Shown: piece after piece, positions 48,511 through 57,830 of the stretch
Position numbering within the stretch: the first letter of the stretch is position 1
Layout of the letters: every line of letters begins with the position of its first letter
Notes under the pieces: generated by a model
The model's input: only the letters and a program-made list of their open reading frames with translations
Database searches by the model: none
Told to the model about the DNA's origin: nothing
Assembly: GCA_036271875.1 (NCBI GenBank)
Contig: DATAZU010000025.1
Location: 113,486 to 177,485, forward strand
Direction of reading: 5' to 3'
Length of the DNA stretch: 64,000 nucleotides
Source: Galbitalea sp.
GTDB taxonomy: Bacteria > Actinomycetota > Actinomycetes > Actinomycetales > Microbacteriaceae
Program-made: the position numbers and the translations under genes

Positions 48511-49652
48511 GCGTCACTCCCGAGCGGGAAAACGCCGAGTTCGATGCTGAGTTTCAGAAACATCGCGTGACTCCAGACCAGAGGATTGGCCACCGGACCC
48601 CACTTCTCGAGCCAGGAATCGCGCACCTCCGGTGCCAGAAGATGGTTCGGCACCTGCTCGGGCAGGCTTCCCGAAGGCCCTTCCGTGCCGACAGCCCACG
48701 CCAGGAATGCCAACGCGCTGTCTCTGTCGCCCGCCGCGTTGTACGCCAGACCGAGCATGCAGCTCAGCAACGGCCACTGGCCTCCCCCGTAGAAGCTATC
48801 GAGTAGATAGCGATGCACACCGCCCTCAAACGAGAGGTCACGAGCAACTCGCGCGATGGTCGAGAGGCCTATCGCGCTGGTCGCCTCGATGAGTTCGAGC
48901 GGCGCGATGAGGGCCAGCAGGCTCGCATCCGTCGCCGACGATCCGAGCCACTTCGCGAGCCCACCCTCCGCGAGGCCGGACGTCGTGATCAGCGCGCGGA
49001 TCTCATTCGTCGCCGCACGCGCTCGCGAGCCGACTTCGACCTCCAGCGCGCCGGACTCCGCGACCCGTCCGAGTCCGGCGGCGATGCAGCCGAGAGTTGA
49101 GACGTGCACCTGCTCCGTCGATTCTTCCCACCAGTCGAAGCACGGTCGCTGCCACGAAGACAGCAGATAGCGCGCGGTCAGATCGATCGCCGTGCCCCAT
49201 CGAGCAGCATCGACTCCGTGTCGCTCGGTGTGCGCGACGACCGCCCACAGCCAGGTTCCGTAACCATCGAGTTGAAAGTCCCACCAGTCGTCGTCGCCGG
49301 TCGAGCCATCGAGGCGGAACCGCGCTGGAAGCATCTCGGCATCCGGCAGCGGTCTCCCCGCTTCCGCCGCCGCAATAATTTCTTCGATGTGGGCGGCGCG
49401 ATCGAGGATGGCACGCGCGCACCAGTCGAAGAACCGGTTCGGGGACGCGACCTCGCCGGCGGATGAAACGGCATCCGCTGTGAAGGCACCATCCCGGAAC
49501 CACGCATAGCCCTTGTAGGCGGAGAACGTCGGGCTGGCCAGATACGCACCCGACGGATCCTGAAGTTCAATAATTTTCTCGAGGCTGATGCGGGCAAGAC
49601 GACTGGCCGCGTCCCGACCGGTTGCCTCCGTCGTGTCAGTCATATCCGTCAC
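48507..49652 (-). CDS. GH15 isomaltose glucohydrolase-like protein
   Basis: GAY.ASP.F..Y..AWFRDG, FQLDGYG, DWWEE, RY..D.FYGGGQW, LPEQ, PL.WSHAM. Confidence 0.88.
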   Translation of the reverse strand: MTDMTDTTEATGRDAASRLARISLEKIIELQDPSGAYLASPTFSAYKGYAWFRDGAFTADAVSSAGEVASPNRFFDWCARAILDRAAHIEEIIAAAEAGRPLPDAEMLPARFRLDGSTGDDDWWDFQLDGYGTWLWAVVAHTERHGVDAARWGTAIDLTARYLLSSWQRPCFDWWEESTEQVHVSTLGCIAAGLGRVAESGALEVEVGSRARAATNEIRALITTSGLAEGGLAKWLGSSATDASLLALIAPLELIEATSAIGLSTIARVARDLSFEGGVHRYLLDSFYGGGQWPLLSCMLGLAYNAAGDRDSALAFLAWAVGTEGPSGSLPEQVPNHLLAPEVRDSWLEKWGPVANPLVWSHAMFLKLSIELGVFPLGSDA

Positions 49653-49687
49653 TGTCGGCGCTTCCTTTCGGATAGTGTCGCTTCGAA

Positions 49688-49722
49688 GTGGGCGGGAGCG
49701 AGCTCCAATCGCTCCCGCCCAC
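49688..49722. terminator. Strong hairpin after the sugar-binding protein gene (terminator or mRNA stabiliser)
   Basis: GTGGGCGGGAGCGA-gctccaa-TCGCTCCCGCCCAC, a perfect 14-bp stem. Confidence 0.75.
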
Positions 49723-49728
49723 GTTGGA

Positions 49729-50982
49729 CTACTGTCCGAGCAGCGCGTTGATCTGCGAAGCGGCTGCGGCAAGCGCCTGGGCCACTGTCGAGCGACCAGC
49801 CTGCGCTTCAACCAATTCGTTGGTCATGATGTCCTGGATCTGATTTCCATTGGCACCGAGCACCGGCGACTGAGCGATGCTCTTCGCTGCGTCAAACACG
49901 GCCTGACGGTTGTCGGGCGCGCCCTCCTTCAGGTACTGCGCGAGCTGGGTCTTGTTCGCAATGGTGGGAAGCTCCCAGCCCTTGCTGATCCGGACGTTCA
50001 CTTCCTCCTTCGACGACGACAGGTACTCGGCCCACTTTTCGGCCGCGTCCTTGTGTTTCGACGTCACAGCCACACCGACGGCGTTCGAGAACGTCGCGCT
50101 GGCCTGCTTGGTGTTTCCGGGCTCAACCGCGATGTCCCACGGGCTGACGGCCTTCGCAAACGCGCCAATCTCCCACGTACCCGTGATGTCCATCCCGAGC
50201 TTGCCTGCGAGGAACAGGTTGGTGTCGTCGTTTGGCGTTCCCTGGCCCTGGGCAACGGTCGGCATCACTGTGCCGCTCTTCTGCACGAGCCAGTTGGCGG
50301 CCTTGACACCCTTCGCGTTGTTGAAGGCGACCTTGGTTCCCGCCTTGTTCAGGAAGGAGCCGCCGTTCTGCACGAGTACCTTGTAGAACTCGTTGTAGGT
50401 GACGGGCTGGTACAGGCCAAAGACCCCCTTGGCCGGGTCACTGATCTTCTTGGCTGCGGCCAGTTCATCCGACCAGGTCCAGCTGGAACTCGGGTATGAG
50501 ACTCCGGCCGCGTCGAACAGCGCCTTGTTGTAATAGAGGATGACCGCCGAGAACGACGTCGGGAGGCCGTACTGCTTGCCGCCGGTCTGGTAGCTGTCGA
50601 GCAGGGCCTTGCTGTAGAGGGACGAATCGGCGCCGGTGATCTGCGCCAGCTGCCCGTTCGCCTGGTAGTTCAGGTAGTTGCCGACGCCGTCGATGTCGAA
50701 GACATCGGTGGCGGTACCGGCCGCAAGATCGGTCTGCAGCTTGGTGTCGTAGTTCGCATACGGCACCGTGTCGACCTTGACCGTGATGTTCGGGTTTGCC
50801 TTCTCGAACGCCTTGACGATGGTCGTCAGGTTGGCCTCGTTTCCACCCGCCGAAATGAAGTTCGTGTAGGTGATCGTGACCGGGCCACTTGGCTTCGGTG
50901 CTGCGCCGGACGAGCATCCCGCGAGCGCCAACGCGCCCGCGGCAGCGACGGCCGCTGCGGCTATCCATTTCTTGTGTTGCAT
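49729..50982 (-). CDS. Sugar ABC substrate-binding lipoprotein (cycloalternan-binding by context)
   Basis: Lipobox LAGC, FEKANPNI.V, YYNKALFDAAGV.YP...WTW; AAGGAG SD before ATG 50982. Confidence 0.92.
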   Translation of the reverse strand: MQHKKWIAAAAVAAAGALALAGCSSGAAPKPSGPVTITYTNFISAGGNEANLTTIVKAFEKANPNITVKVDTVPYANYDTKLQTDLAAGTATDVFDIDGVGNYLNYQANGQLAQITGADSSLYSKALLDSYQTGGKQYGLPTSFSAVILYYNKALFDAAGVSYPSSSWTWSDELAAAKKISDPAKGVFGLYQPVTYNEFYKVLVQNGGSFLNKAGTKVAFNNAKGVKAANWLVQKSGTVMPTVAQGQGTPNDDTNLFLAGKLGMDITGTWEIGAFAKAVSPWDIAVEPGNTKQASATFSNAVGVAVTSKHKDAAEKWAEYLSSSKEEVNVRISKGWELPTIANKTQLAQYLKEGAPDNRQAVFDAAKSIAQSPVLGANGNQIQDIMTNELVEAQAGRSTVAQALAAAASQINALLGQ

Positions 50983-51029
50983 TGGTATCTCCTTCGATAT
51001 GTGATGGTGCGGTGCTACGACGAGTCGGG

Positions 51030-51908
51030 TTACTTGATTCCTGAACTCGCAACGCCCTGGATGATGTACTTCTGGGCGAAGATATAGAGCGCCAACATCG
51101 GCAGGATGCTGATGACGGAGCCGGCCATGACGACATCCCACTGGGTTGTGTATTGACCCTGGAGGTTCGCCAGCGCGATCGGCAGGGTCTGCAACTGTGG
51201 CGAACTGAGCACGATGAGCGGCCACAGGAAGTTGTTCCAGCTGCCCATGAACGCGAAGACCACGAGGGTCGCGAGCGCTGGCCGAATGTTGGGCAGGATG
51301 ATCGTCCAGAAGATGCGGAAGTGGCCCGCGCCATCCAGCGTCGCAGCCTCGTCCAGTTCCTTCGGAACCTGGTTGATGGCCTGCCGCAGCAGGAAGATGC
51401 CAAAGGCGGAGGCGAGACTCGGCAGCAGCACGCCGACGTAGGAATCAAGCAGGCCGAACGTTTTGAGCTCGGAGAACAGCGGCACGATCAGCACCTGAAG
51501 CGGAATCATCATGGTCGCGAGGTAGATGCCGAAGACGATGGTGCGTCCGCGAAACCGCAGTCGACTGAACGCGTACGCGGCGGTCGAGCCGGTGAACAGC
51601 TGGACGACCGTCGTGACGACGGCGAGTCCGAGGCTGTTCGCGACGACGACCGCGAACGGAGTGTTGGCAAACAATTCGGCGTAGCCGGACAGCGACGGAT
51701 CCTTCGGGATCAGACTCGGCGAAACCGTGAGGCTCGCCTCGGGACTGATCGACGTGATGATGGTCCAGACGAACGGGAACACCATGAGCGCTGCGCCCAG
51801 AATGAGCACGATGTAGAGGGCGATCCGCTTCGCGAGCTCGGGCCCGGGCATCCGGTGACGGCGCTGCACAGGGAACGTCGGGGCCGCCGCAGCAACTGCA
51901 CTAGTCAT
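51030..51908 (-). CDS. Carbohydrate ABC permease
   Basis: AAYAFSRLRFRGR, ELDEAATLDGA, WNNFLWPL. Confidence 0.94.
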   Translation of the reverse strand: MTSAVAAAAPTFPVQRRHRMPGPELAKRIALYIVLILGAALMVFPFVWTIITSISPEASLTVSPSLIPKDPSLSGYAELFANTPFAVVVANSLGLAVVTTVVQLFTGSTAAYAFSRLRFRGRTIVFGIYLATMMIPLQVLIVPLFSELKTFGLLDSYVGVLLPSLASAFGIFLLRQAINQVPKELDEAATLDGAGHFRIFWTIILPNIRPALATLVVFAFMGSWNNFLWPLIVLSSPQLQTLPIALANLQGQYTTQWDVVMAGSVISILPMLALYIFAQKYIIQGVASSGIK

Positions 51909-52809
51909 AGTTGACCCACCTTCGCTGGCCGCGGATCTGGATGACCGTGACGGCAAGGATGACGATGAACAGCATCCACGACAGCGCGGACGCGGTGCCC
52001 GCCTGGTTGTAGCGGAACGTCAGGTCGTAGATTTCTTCGACCACGACCTCGCTCGAGCCGTTCGGACCACCGCCCGTCATCGCATATACCTGGTCGAAAA
52101 CCTGGAAGCCGTTGATCAGGGAAATCACGATCACGAAGAACGTGGAGGGGCTGAGCAGCGGAAGTGTGACGCTGAACAGCCGTCGCCACCATCCAGCGCC
52201 ATCGACTTTCGCCGCGTCATACATATCGGTGGGGATCGACTGCAGCCCGGCGAGCAGGATCACCATGACGAAGCCGATGTCCTTCCATGCTGACGCGATA
52301 ATGATCGACGGCATGGCCCAGGTCGGATCCGTCCACCAGCCGGGTCCCGTGATGCCGAAGAAGTGCAGGACCGTGTTGACGACTCCGCTGTCCGGCGCAA
52401 GGAGCCAACGCCAGATGACTGCGACCACGATCCAGCTCGTGACAACCGGCAGAAAGTAGACACCTCTTAGTAGGGAGCGTCCCTTGAGGGCGGTATTCAG
52501 CGCAAGCGCAAGCGCGAGGCCGCCGATGTAGACGAGCGGCAGGTATCCGACGATGTAGTAAACCGTGTGCAGAAAGACGGCGCCGGTGGTTGGGTCGCTG
52601 AACAGGTGGACATAGTTGCCGAGGCCGACCCACTTCATGGGCGACAGCAGATTCCACTGGTTGAGACTCACCCACGCGGACGCGATCATTGGGCCGAGCG
52701 AGAACAACGCGAGTGGGATAGCGCTGGGCAGCAGGAACGCGAGCACCGTCAGCACGTGCTTCCAGCCGGCCTTCTTCTTGCGCGGGCGCGCGACCTCCAA
52801 CACCGTCAT
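51901..52809 (-). CDS. Carbohydrate ABC permease
   Basis: WVGLGNY, LAGLQSIP..YDAAKVDGA, FQVFDQVY.MT.GGP. Confidence 0.94.
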   Translation of the reverse strand: MTVLEVARPRKKKAGWKHVLTVLAFLLPSAIPLALFSLGPMIASAWVSLNQWNLLSPMKWVGLGNYVHLFSDPTTGAVFLHTVYYIVGYLPLVYIGGLALALALNTALKGRSLLRGVYFLPVVTSWIVVAVIWRWLLAPDSGVVNTVLHFFGITGPGWWTDPTWAMPSIIIASAWKDIGFVMVILLAGLQSIPTDMYDAAKVDGAGWWRRLFSVTLPLLSPSTFFVIVISLINGFQVFDQVYAMTGGGPNGSSEVVVEEIYDLTFRYNQAGTASALSWMLFIVILAVTVIQIRGQRRWVNYD

Positions 52810-54029
52810 CAGCGCGCCGCCTCGCCCATCCGGATGTGCTCAATCAGCCGCTCGCGCACCAGTCGGCCCTGCTCTCCCGCGATCCCCTCGGTGTCGAAGG
52901 ATGTGGCCAACACGAGCGCTGCCGCGCCCTGCGCCCAGCCGTCGTCTGCCCACGGTTCGACGACTACAGACACCCCTCGCTTACCCGGTACCAGCGATCC
53001 GCGGAACGCGGGTTCGAATCCGTATGACCAGTGCGACCACGCCGCCGCGCCCTCGCCGAGCAGCACGACGACTTCCGGGTCGAGGATGTTGACTGCGCCA
53101 GCGAGTGCGCGGCCGAGGTGCTCACCCGCCTGCCCGAAGATTTTCTGCGCTGCTTCGTCACCGCTGTCTGCGGCCTTCTTCAGGGCCTGGATGCCCGCGT
53201 GTTCGCCGATGATGCCCTGCTCGCGTGCCTCGCGGACGAGACTCTGCTCACCGATGAATGCTTCGAGGCATCCGCGATTTCCGCATTGGCAGATCGGACC
53301 GTCGGCACTGACCGGGATGTGGCCGAGGTCACCGGCGCCGCCCGCGCTGCCTCGCATGACAGCTCCGCCGGCGACGATGCCGCCGCCAACGCCGGTGCCG
53401 ACGGTGACCACGAGGAAGTTCTGGTAGTTGCGCCCAAGCCCGAACAGGCGCTCGGCCATGCTCAGCGCGTTGACGTTGTTGTCAATGACCACGGGAAGAG
53501 CGAACGCCTGCCGCAGTGCCGCGCCGAGCGGAACCTGGTTCCAACCGAGCTGCGTCGAGTCGACGACACCGGCATCCTGCTCGTTCACCGTGCCCGGGAT
53601 GCCAACGCCGATCCCCAGCAGCGGTGTGTCCAAACCGCCGTCGATGAACCGCCGCAGGATCGAGATCAGATTCGTGATGGCCATGTTCGACAGCGCGTCG
53701 AAGGGCTCGGCGCCCGAGCGCGTCACCGCGCCATCGACACCGACCTCGACGAAGGCGACGTGATCGACAACGACCTTCACTCCGATCGCCCGGATCGCCG
53801 TCGATACAACGCCGAGGAGCCGGCCCGGCCGCCCGCCCTGTGACGGCGAGTTTTCGAGTTCCTGGACCAGCCCATCCGCGATGAGTTCGCGGGACAGCTG
53901 AGTGACCTGCGCGGGCGAGACACCGAGCATCCGTGCCAGATCCGCGCGCGACGCCGGCCCCTGCGCGCCCAGATGCGCCAGGATCGCCGATCGATTGATG
54001 TCGGTGCGGAGCGGGGGAACAAGCGCCAT
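52809..54029 (-). CDS. ROK family transcriptional repressor
   Basis: HTH SRADLA...GGRP, DNNVNA, GTGVGGG, GH...GPICQCGNRGCLEA. Confidence 0.95.
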   Translation of the reverse strand: MALVPPLRTDINRSAILAHLGAQGPASRADLARMLGVSPAQVTQLSRELIADGLVQELENSPSQGGRPGRLLGVVSTAIRAIGVKVVVDHVAFVEVGVDGAVTRSGAEPFDALSNMAITNLISILRRFIDGGLDTPLLGIGVGIPGTVNEQDAGVVDSTQLGWNQVPLGAALRQAFALPVVIDNNVNALSMAERLFGLGRNYQNFLVVTVGTGVGGGIVAGGAVMRGSAGGAGDLGHIPVSADGPICQCGNRGCLEAFIGEQSLVREAREQGIIGEHAGIQALKKAADSGDEAAQKIFGQAGEHLGRALAGAVNILDPEVVVLLGEGAAAWSHWSYGFEPAFRGSLVPGKRGVSVVVEPWADDGWAQGAAALVLATSFDTEGIAGEQGRLVRERLIEHIRMGEAAR

Positions 54030-54037
54030 TGACTACC

Positions 54038-54059
54038 CTTTGTTTAGAACTAAACAAAG
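54038..54059. promoter_or_regulatory. ROK operator palindrome
   Basis: CTTTGTTTAG-AA-CTAAACAAAG, perfect 10-bp arms directly upstream of the ROK gene. Confidence 0.8.
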
Positions 54060-54139
54060 ACTATAAATAAGAACTGAATTAAGTCAATCACCTGCGCGTT
54101 TCTCTTGCCGACCTGCGCGCGGCGCGTCACGCTGGTTCC

Positions 54140-54775
54140 ATGACTGACGCGCATCACGAACACGACCATTCGTCCAACGGCGAGATCGATTGGGATGCTC
54201 GATACTCCGAATCGGAACAGCGCTGGAGCGGCAACCCGAATGTTGCGCTCGTCGACGCGGTGCGCGACCTCGCGCCTGGTCGAGCAGTCGACATCGGTTG
54301 CGGGGAGGGCGCGGATGCCGTCTGGCTCGCCCGCAACGGATGGGACGTTACGGCGCTCGACGTCTCGGCCGTCGCTCTGGAGCGGGCGGCCCGCCACGCG
54401 AACGACACGGGGGTTGGAGTTCACTGGATCCATGCGGGCCTCCTCGACGCTAGCCTTCAGCCGGCCTCGTTCAACCTGGTTTCTGCGCAGTACCCGGTGC
54501 TGGCGAAGACGCCGGAGTTCGCCGCCGAGCACATCCTGCTAGGGGCAGTTGCCATCGGTGGAACACTCGTGATCGTCCACCACGCCGATTTCCAGTCGCC
54601 GGGCGAGGACCATCACGGCGCGGACCCGGCCGACTACGTGGGTCCGTGGGATATTGTGCCTCTCCTCGACGAAGGCTGGACGATCGAGGTCAACGAGACC
54701 CGGCCGCGACACGTGGCGTCCGGCGCGGGTGCCGGCCACACCGAGGATGTTGTTCTCATCGCACACCGCGTGTGA
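54140..54775 (+). CDS. Class I SAM-dependent methyltransferase
   Basis: WDARY...WSGNPN, DIGCGEGADA.WLA..GW.VTA.D.S. Confidence 0.92.
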   Translation: MTDAHHEHDHSSNGEIDWDARYSESEQRWSGNPNVALVDAVRDLAPGRAVDIGCGEGADAVWLARNGWDVTALDVSAVALERAARHANDTGVGVHWIHAGLLDASLQPASFNLVSAQYPVLAKTPEFAAEHILLGAVAIGGTLVIVHHADFQSPGEDHHGADPADYVGPWDIVPLLDEGWTIEVNETRPRHVASGAGAGHTEDVVLIAHRV

Positions 54776-54788
54776 CGCCCCGCCGCGG

Positions 54789-55820
54789 TCACGCCGTTTG
54801 GCGCAGAGCGAGCCGGTTGAGGAAATGGCCGTCAGCACTGATCGTGACGGTTGGTCGCCCGTTCCAGATGGCGATCCGCGCGGTGAAGCTTGACGCTCGT
54901 GTGTCAACGATGAGGTGAGCACACCAGCGCGCCGCCCTGGCGAGTTCGGGTGGCGGTACGGGGATCTCCCCGAGATCATCGAGTACCGTGACCTCGATTC
55001 CGCGATCTCTCACCGACTGAAGCAATGAGACGAGCGGCTCGATCGTCAATGATCTCCCGCGCACCTGGTCGCGAAGCGCCGCCTCGAGGCTCCGAACGGA
55101 TGCCGGGCTCGGCGAGGCGCCATCCGAGATCGCTTTCAACGTCGGTTGCGCGAGGTCGCGGATTACCTGCAGCGCTGACTCGATGGCTTCGTCTCTGCTC
55201 AATTCCCGCGCTTCACGGGTAGTTCGTTCATGCTCCGCCCGTTGGAAATCGCCGATTCTGATCGCTGTACGGCGAAGGCCGACCGCAAATGCGGTGCAGG
55301 CAAGAAGGGTCACGGGCTGTCCGTAGCTCATCCCAAGTCCGTACAGCGGCGATCCCGATACCGTGAGACTCCAGGTACAGATCAGGAGGATCGACAGCCC
55401 TTCGGCGATCCACGCGGCGGCGACGCGCCCGCGAATCGTGAGACAGAACATCAGAAGATTGTTCGCGCCCAATTCCCAGGCGACGTAACCCGGAGCGCGA
55501 TCGTGAAACGGCTGCTGCCAGGTGATGAGGACCACGGTTGCCACGACAATTCCGACGGTTGTCAGCGTTCGCCACCACGGCAGCGGCGTCCGGCTGGGCA
55601 CGGCGAAGAGCGCTGCACCAACGAAGTCCAAAACGAGCGCAAGACCACCAAGCGGGGTCTTCATGGGACTGCCGCCGAGCACTATCGCCTGATATCCGAA
55701 GACGACAACGTAGAGCGCGAACAGGACCCAGACGCCGGGAGCAACCAGCCCGAGCGTTCGGCCGAGATCGCCGTCGGGAATCGGTCTGGAGATGAATCGA
55801 ACCAGCGGTCGCAGCCTCAT
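54789..55820 (-). CDS. Membrane protein, degenerate sensor-kinase partner
   Basis: About six TM helices, coiled coil, LEAALRDQVRGRSL; no H-box or intact ATP lid; ATGA-coupled to the kinase. Confidence 0.7.
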   Translation of the reverse strand: MRLRPLVRFISRPIPDGDLGRTLGLVAPGVWVLFALYVVVFGYQAIVLGGSPMKTPLGGLALVLDFVGAALFAVPSRTPLPWWRTLTTVGIVVATVVLITWQQPFHDRAPGYVAWELGANNLLMFCLTIRGRVAAAWIAEGLSILLICTWSLTVSGSPLYGLGMSYGQPVTLLACTAFAVGLRRTAIRIGDFQRAEHERTTREARELSRDEAIESALQVIRDLAQPTLKAISDGASPSPASVRSLEAALRDQVRGRSLTIEPLVSLLQSVRDRGIEVTVLDDLGEIPVPPPELARAARWCAHLIVDTRASSFTARIAIWNGRPTVTISADGHFLNRLALRQTA

Positions 55821-57016
55821 GAGCGTTGCCAGCGCAGTAGCACGGTGGTGCCGTATCCGATGCGACTCGAGACCGTTGCCTGGCCGCCGTGAATCGCGAG
55901 CATCCGACCCTTGATTCCGCTTCGAATGCCGAGCCTGGCGGGGTTCACGGCGCGGGTGTCGAATCCGTCGCCGCCATCGAGAATTGCTAGTACAAGCCGG
56001 TCATCCGTGATCTCCAGCCTCACCTCACGTGCGATCGGGCGATCGGACGGGGCGTGCCGGATGCTGTTTCGCAAAGCTTCGGCCGTGGCCTGCGCTAGTG
56101 CATCCGCAACCACTGCAGGAATGATGAGCTCGGAGGCGAGCTCATACCGAAACTGGATCTTGGGGTCGAGCTGTGTCGTGAGGGCCTGGATTTCCCAAAC
56201 CAGATCTCGAGGGGAGCGGTCTACCGAGTCCGGCCCGGTCGACCCCGTCCGGTCGATCGCGGCGAGCGCGACGCGCGCCTCGACCCGAGCCTGTTCGGGT
56301 CGCGCCCCACTCGCGTAGGAGAGCAGCGCGGCAAGGACCCGATCGTGCACGAGCATCTCGAAGCGCTGGCGAGCGGACCGTCGACGCTCCTCGTGCGACA
56401 ACGACTGCGCCTCAAGTACCGCCGACACGATGGTCCGATCGAGGAGCAGCCCTGCTCGTCGAAGCACAACGGCAAGGCAGGTGAAGAAGGCGACAAAGAA
56501 GAGCTGCCCGACGGCCTCGCCCATTGCCTCGCCGGGAAACGGCTCATCGACAAATCTCACGAGGTTAAAGATGACGGCTTGAAGCAGGACGACGTATCCG
56601 ATCGCATACCTGGTTGGCCAGGCGAGGGCGCCAGAGCATCCCGCCAGAACGGCCAACTGGACGAGCCATGGCAGGCCATCGGACGTGGAGAGCTTCGCCG
56701 AACCGAGACCGAGGGGTGCGGTGAGGTAGGCGATGAGCAGTAGTGCGGCCGAGATGCTCCAGATAACGTGCAGGATCCGTCCGGTGACTCTCCGGGACAG
56801 GACGAGCGACGCGAGAGCCGGCGCGCCCGCAGCGACGAGACTGAACGCCAGCCATCCACCGGACAATATCGGGCCGTCCTCGATTGCGGCGGGCAGGTTC
56901 AGGACGAGAAGGATGAGAGCCGCGATCGAGAGCGCGAAAGATAGCAACCCGTACACACGACCGGCCGCAAAACCGGCACGCTCGCTGGCGGAAACCGCGG
57001 ATGTCGCCGCACTCAT
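55817..57016 (-). CDS. Membrane sensor histidine kinase (HisKA_3/HATPase-like)
   Basis: LVHDRVL (H-box), EALRNSIRHA (N-box), DGGDGF, RLGIR, GYGTTV. Confidence 0.85.
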   Translation of the reverse strand: MSAATSAVSASERAGFAAGRVYGLLSFALSIAALILLVLNLPAAIEDGPILSGGWLAFSLVAAGAPALASLVLSRRVTGRILHVIWSISAALLLIAYLTAPLGLGSAKLSTSDGLPWLVQLAVLAGCSGALAWPTRYAIGYVVLLQAVIFNLVRFVDEPFPGEAMGEAVGQLFFVAFFTCLAVVLRRAGLLLDRTIVSAVLEAQSLSHEERRRSARQRFEMLVHDRVLAALLSYASGARPEQARVEARVALAAIDRTGSTGPDSVDRSPRDLVWEIQALTTQLDPKIQFRYELASELIIPAVVADALAQATAEALRNSIRHAPSDRPIAREVRLEITDDRLVLAILDGGDGFDTRAVNPARLGIRSGIKGRMLAIHGGQATVSSRIGYGTTVLLRWQRS

Positions 57017-57061
57017 CCTGTCGCCCGCCGGACTCTTGTCATCTGCCGCTGATTATCGACG

Positions 57062-57697
57062 TCAGGAACGCGCCGACAACAGCGCCGTGACGGCGTCACC
57101 GAGCGGACCGCGGAGCTCGGTATCGGTCGCGGACCTTAGCGGCTCGAGAGCGGTGGATGCCCTGAGCAGGAGTATGCCGAAGGCAGTGGCCAACACGAGT
57201 TGGGCTCGCAGGACAAGGTCCCCGGTGCGTGCATCCTGGGGTGACCAACCCGCGGCCGTTGCCATCCGCTCGGAGAAATCGCGCAGAGTGCGACGACGGA
57301 TCTCGTCAACTTCCGGCTCGCCGGTCGACCGCAGCAGCAGCAGCAGTTGAAGGGGACGGCCATCAGCGGGGGTATCGAGCATCTGCTCCAGCATGACCGT
57401 GACGATCTGGTCGACGGTCGAGGCATCCGTGTCGCGGTCGCCGAGCTCCTTGACGGTGCGGTCGAGACACGCCTCGAACAGTCCTTCCTTCGACGTGAAG
57501 TAACGATTGATGAGCGCGACATTCACACCGGCGTCTGTCGCGATGTCGCGCACGGTAGTCGCGGCGTAGCCATCCATCGCAAAGCGTTGGCGGGCGGCCT
57601 GCAGCAATCGTTGGCGAGTCCCGTCGGCGTCGCGGTGTCGCGCCGCGGCGTCGGGCTCATCGCTGCCTTTGACGGCGGTGACATCCATATCCGACAT
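57062..57697 (-). CDS. TetR family regulator
   Basis: TRQRLL.AA...F...GY.ATTVRDIA..AGVN.ALI.RYF.SKEGLF. Confidence 0.95.
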   Translation of the reverse strand: MSDMDVTAVKGSDEPDAAARHRDADGTRQRLLQAARQRFAMDGYAATTVRDIATDAGVNVALINRYFTSKEGLFEACLDRTVKELGDRDTDASTVDQIVTVMLEQMLDTPADGRPLQLLLLLRSTGEPEVDEIRRRTLRDFSERMATAAGWSPQDARTGDLVLRAQLVLATAFGILLLRASTALEPLRSATDTELRGPLGDAVTALLSARS

Positions 57698-57751
57698 GTG
57701 TCCCTCTTCGGTTCGCTGCAACGGTACCTCTTTCCGTTTTCCGTTAACCCT

Positions 57752-57814
57752 ATGTAAACGGCTTTTGACTTGTCTGTCCGGCGGGATACTATCGAAGTCA
57801 GCAATTGTTTACAT
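57752..57814. promoter_or_regulatory. Two inverted TetR-type operator copies overlapping the MFS promoter
   Basis: ATGTAAACGGCTTTTGACTT (57752-71) and AAGTCAGCAATTGTTTACAT (57795-814) are imperfect inverses; TTGACT-N16-TACTAT overlaps the first. Confidence 0.7.
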
Positions 57815-57830
57815 ATGGATCGGAGCGACC

